From: a virus
Virus record (IMG/VR): IMGVR_UViG_3300042910_000004
DNA: 42,328 nucleotides
Direction: 5' to 3' (one strand)
Of the stretch, positions 40,683-42,328 are shown in pieces. The notes below the pieces were generated by a model. The model was not told the origin of the DNA, made no database searches, and saw only the letters and a program-made list of their open reading frames with translations. The position numbers were made by a program, and so were the translations under genes. Each line of letters begins with the position of its first letter. Position 1 is the stretch's first letter.

Positions 40683-41756
40683 ATGAAAAGTATTGAAGAG
40701 TTTAAAAATAGAATTATATGCGGAGATACTTTAAAAGTTTTGAAGGAAATACCCGACGAAAGTATAGATTGTATAATTACATCTCATCCATATTGGTCAC
40801 TTAGAGACTATGGCGTTAAAGGGCAAATCGGCTTAGAACCCTCACTTGAAGAATATCTCGAAAAACTTTTAAGAATTACTGCCGAACTTAAAAGAATTTT
40901 AAAGCCTACGGGGATTTTATTTTGGAATCACGGAGATTGTTACGGTGGGTCATTACAAGGATATGGTGCTAAAAAACCAAGTGAGACTGGGTTTCAAAAA
41001 CCAGCTGGTATAGACCCAAGATATTCAAAAGAAAAACCTCCTACAGCCAAATTAAAGGCTAAATGTTTAGCATTACAAAATTGGCGCTTAATTTTACGAA
41101 TGATTGACGAACAGAGTTGGATTTTACGCAATGTGATAATTTGGCATAAACCTAACCATATGCCTTCTTCTGTTAAAGATAGATTTACCAACACTTATGA
41201 GCCAGTTTTTATGCTTGTAAAAAGAAAGAAATACTATTTTAATTTGGATGCGGTAAGAGTTCCCCCAAAAACATTAGAAAATAAAACATTAAGTTTCAAT
41301 TATCGTGTCCGAGATGCCGAAAAAAAGTCAAAACAATGTCCACAATTTAAGGCTACAAAGGAAGAAATTGAAAGATATAAAGAAGAAAAGCCCTATCATC
41401 CTTCTGGTGATCCAACAATACACGGCCAAAGACGACCACCTCAACCAAATCAAGAGGGAGCATTCCATCCTTTAGGGAAAAATCCTGGAGATTTATGGTC
41501 AATTTCTACCCAACCTTCTCCTCCAGAAGCACGAGGAAAACACTTCGCAATATTTCCAGAAAAACTTGTAGAACCAATGATTTTAGCAGGTTGTCCTAAA
41601 GACGGAATAGTTTTAGACCCATTTTGCGGTAGTGGAACAACTTGTGTAGTTGCCAAAAGATTAGGAAGAAACTATATAGGAATTGATATTTCAAAAGAAT
41701 TTTGTGAAATTGCTGAAAAAAGACTAGAAAAAGTTCAAAAACTGCTCCCTCTCTAA
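40683..41756 (+). CDS. Beta-class N4/N6 DNA methyltransferase
   Basis: Motif IV-like ITSHPYW near the N-terminus; motif I FCGSGTT near the C-terminus. Confidence 0.8.
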   Translation: MKSIEEFKNRIICGDTLKVLKEIPDESIDCIITSHPYWSLRDYGVKGQIGLEPSLEEYLEKLLRITAELKRILKPTGILFWNHGDCYGGSLQGYGAKKPSETGFQKPAGIDPRYSKEKPPTAKLKAKCLALQNWRLILRMIDEQSWILRNVIIWHKPNHMPSSVKDRFTNTYEPVFMLVKRKKYYFNLDAVRVPPKTLENKTLSFNYRVRDAEKKSKQCPQFKATKEEIERYKEEKPYHPSGDPTIHGQRRPPQPNQEGAFHPLGKNPGDLWSISTQPSPPEARGKHFAIFPEKLVEPMILAGCPKDGIVLDPFCGSGTTCVVAKRLGRNYIGIDISKEFCEIAEKRLEKVQKLLPL

Positions 41757-41827
41757 AATCTTCTGAGACAAAAGATTTTTAAAAGGCCAAGTATTAAGAT
41801 ACTTGGACAATTAAAATAGTTTGTTTA
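41751..41827. repeat. Structured repeat element E2 (partner of E1; inner hairpin shared with E3)
   Basis: ctctaaaatcTTCtgagacaaaagattttt. Inner hairpin CCAAGTATtaagATACTTGG at 41787-41806. Confidence 0.75.
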
Positions 41828-42043
41828 ATAGGCAAAATAAAGGCATCTAAACCTTAAATCAAGCTCAATCATCGTCAAAAAATCATTTATTTTTGGCATT
41901 TTTTAGCTTGAAGGACAGTAATTTCAAAAGTTCATTTTTTCAAGAAAAATCGAGCAATTCAAAAAGTTCATTAAAAAAGGGGGTATTAAAGATAAAATTT
42001 GAAGACTTCAAGGCCAAAAGGGGTCACATAATAAGGGGGGAAT

Positions 42044-42328
42044 AAACCCAAAATTAGAGCAAAAAGCAAAACCTTGTGGCTGAAAATCAAAACCACAAGC
42101 CTAAACTAAACCATAAAAGCTTAAATTTTTCTCGATTTTTCTATCTTTTTTAACCTCATAACTGCAAAAATTAAGAGCCAAAACCCATAAAAAACAGCCT
42201 TTAACCCATAAAAACCCGCAAAGTTCGCAAAATGATTATTTTACGAACTTTAAAAACGAAAAAACAACTAAAAAATCGCAATTTTTGAGCTTTGAAAATT
42301 TAAAAGACTTTTAAATCTTGGGGGAGTA
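42044..42328. repeat. Right copy of exact 285-bp direct terminal repeat
   Basis: Identical to 1-285. Confidence 0.95.

Noticed and set aside
35655-41656. Short opposite-strand or alternate-frame ORFs (34813-35058, 34925-35143, 35655-35906, 35744-35944, 37613-37822, 38923-39117, 40158-40355, 40414-40686, 40994-41194, 41450-41656; likewise 14673-14870, 15215-15463, 25202-25411, 26949-27146, 28241-28441, 30277-30459, 32213-32464)
   Set aside because: Each is nested inside a longer ORF that has recognisable motifs or a clear operon context. None has a junction cassette or SD site.

Overview
AT-rich window (about 30% G+C by eye). Bases 1-285 are repeated exactly at 42044-42328, so this reads as one complete tailed-phage genome with a unit length of 42,043 bp.

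Layout:
- Left early arm, minus strand (520-5907): small proteins, RNase HI, a SWIM zinc-finger protein, a RecA-like P-loop ATPase, and a protein with a DnaG-type CHC2 zinc finger but no primase catalytic domain.
- Divergent control region (5908-6358): two consensus sigma70 promoters and an array of GTGTAATTG operator-like boxes.
- Right early arm, plus strand (6359-12026): HTH protein, second SWIM protein, an IS110-C-terminal-like HhH protein followed by a 36-bp phased repeat array, an SLT-like transglycosylase, and an Hjc-like resolvase.
- Inside the right arm, a compositionally foreign two-gene moron (about 9683-11350, roughly 47% G+C). It has its own promoter, strong Shine-Dalgarno sites and a terminator, and encodes a metallophosphoesterase and a trypsin-like serine protease.
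- Long late operon, minus strand (40616 down to 12239), starting at a perfect TTGACA-N17-TATAAT promoter. Gene order: KH-domain protein, possible small terminase, inserted gene, TerL, portal, basic proteins, scaffold, decoration-like protein, major capsid protein, fibre with a DUF2341/LamG-like domain, two roughly 1000-aa hydrophobic virion proteins, a split PurD-like ATP-grasp enzyme, a papain-like endolysin with a peptidoglycan-binding domain interrupted by a LAGLIDADG intein, and a holin.
- A beta-class DNA methyltransferase on the plus strand at the right end.

Most genes lack Shine-Dalgarno sites. Instead they are preceded by a conserved (A/T)AGGTC(G/A)...ATTAAAAA...ATG junction cassette.

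I recognised no integrase, DNA polymerase, tRNA, CRISPR array or reverse transcriptase. All domain calls come from reading motifs by eye; no database search was run.
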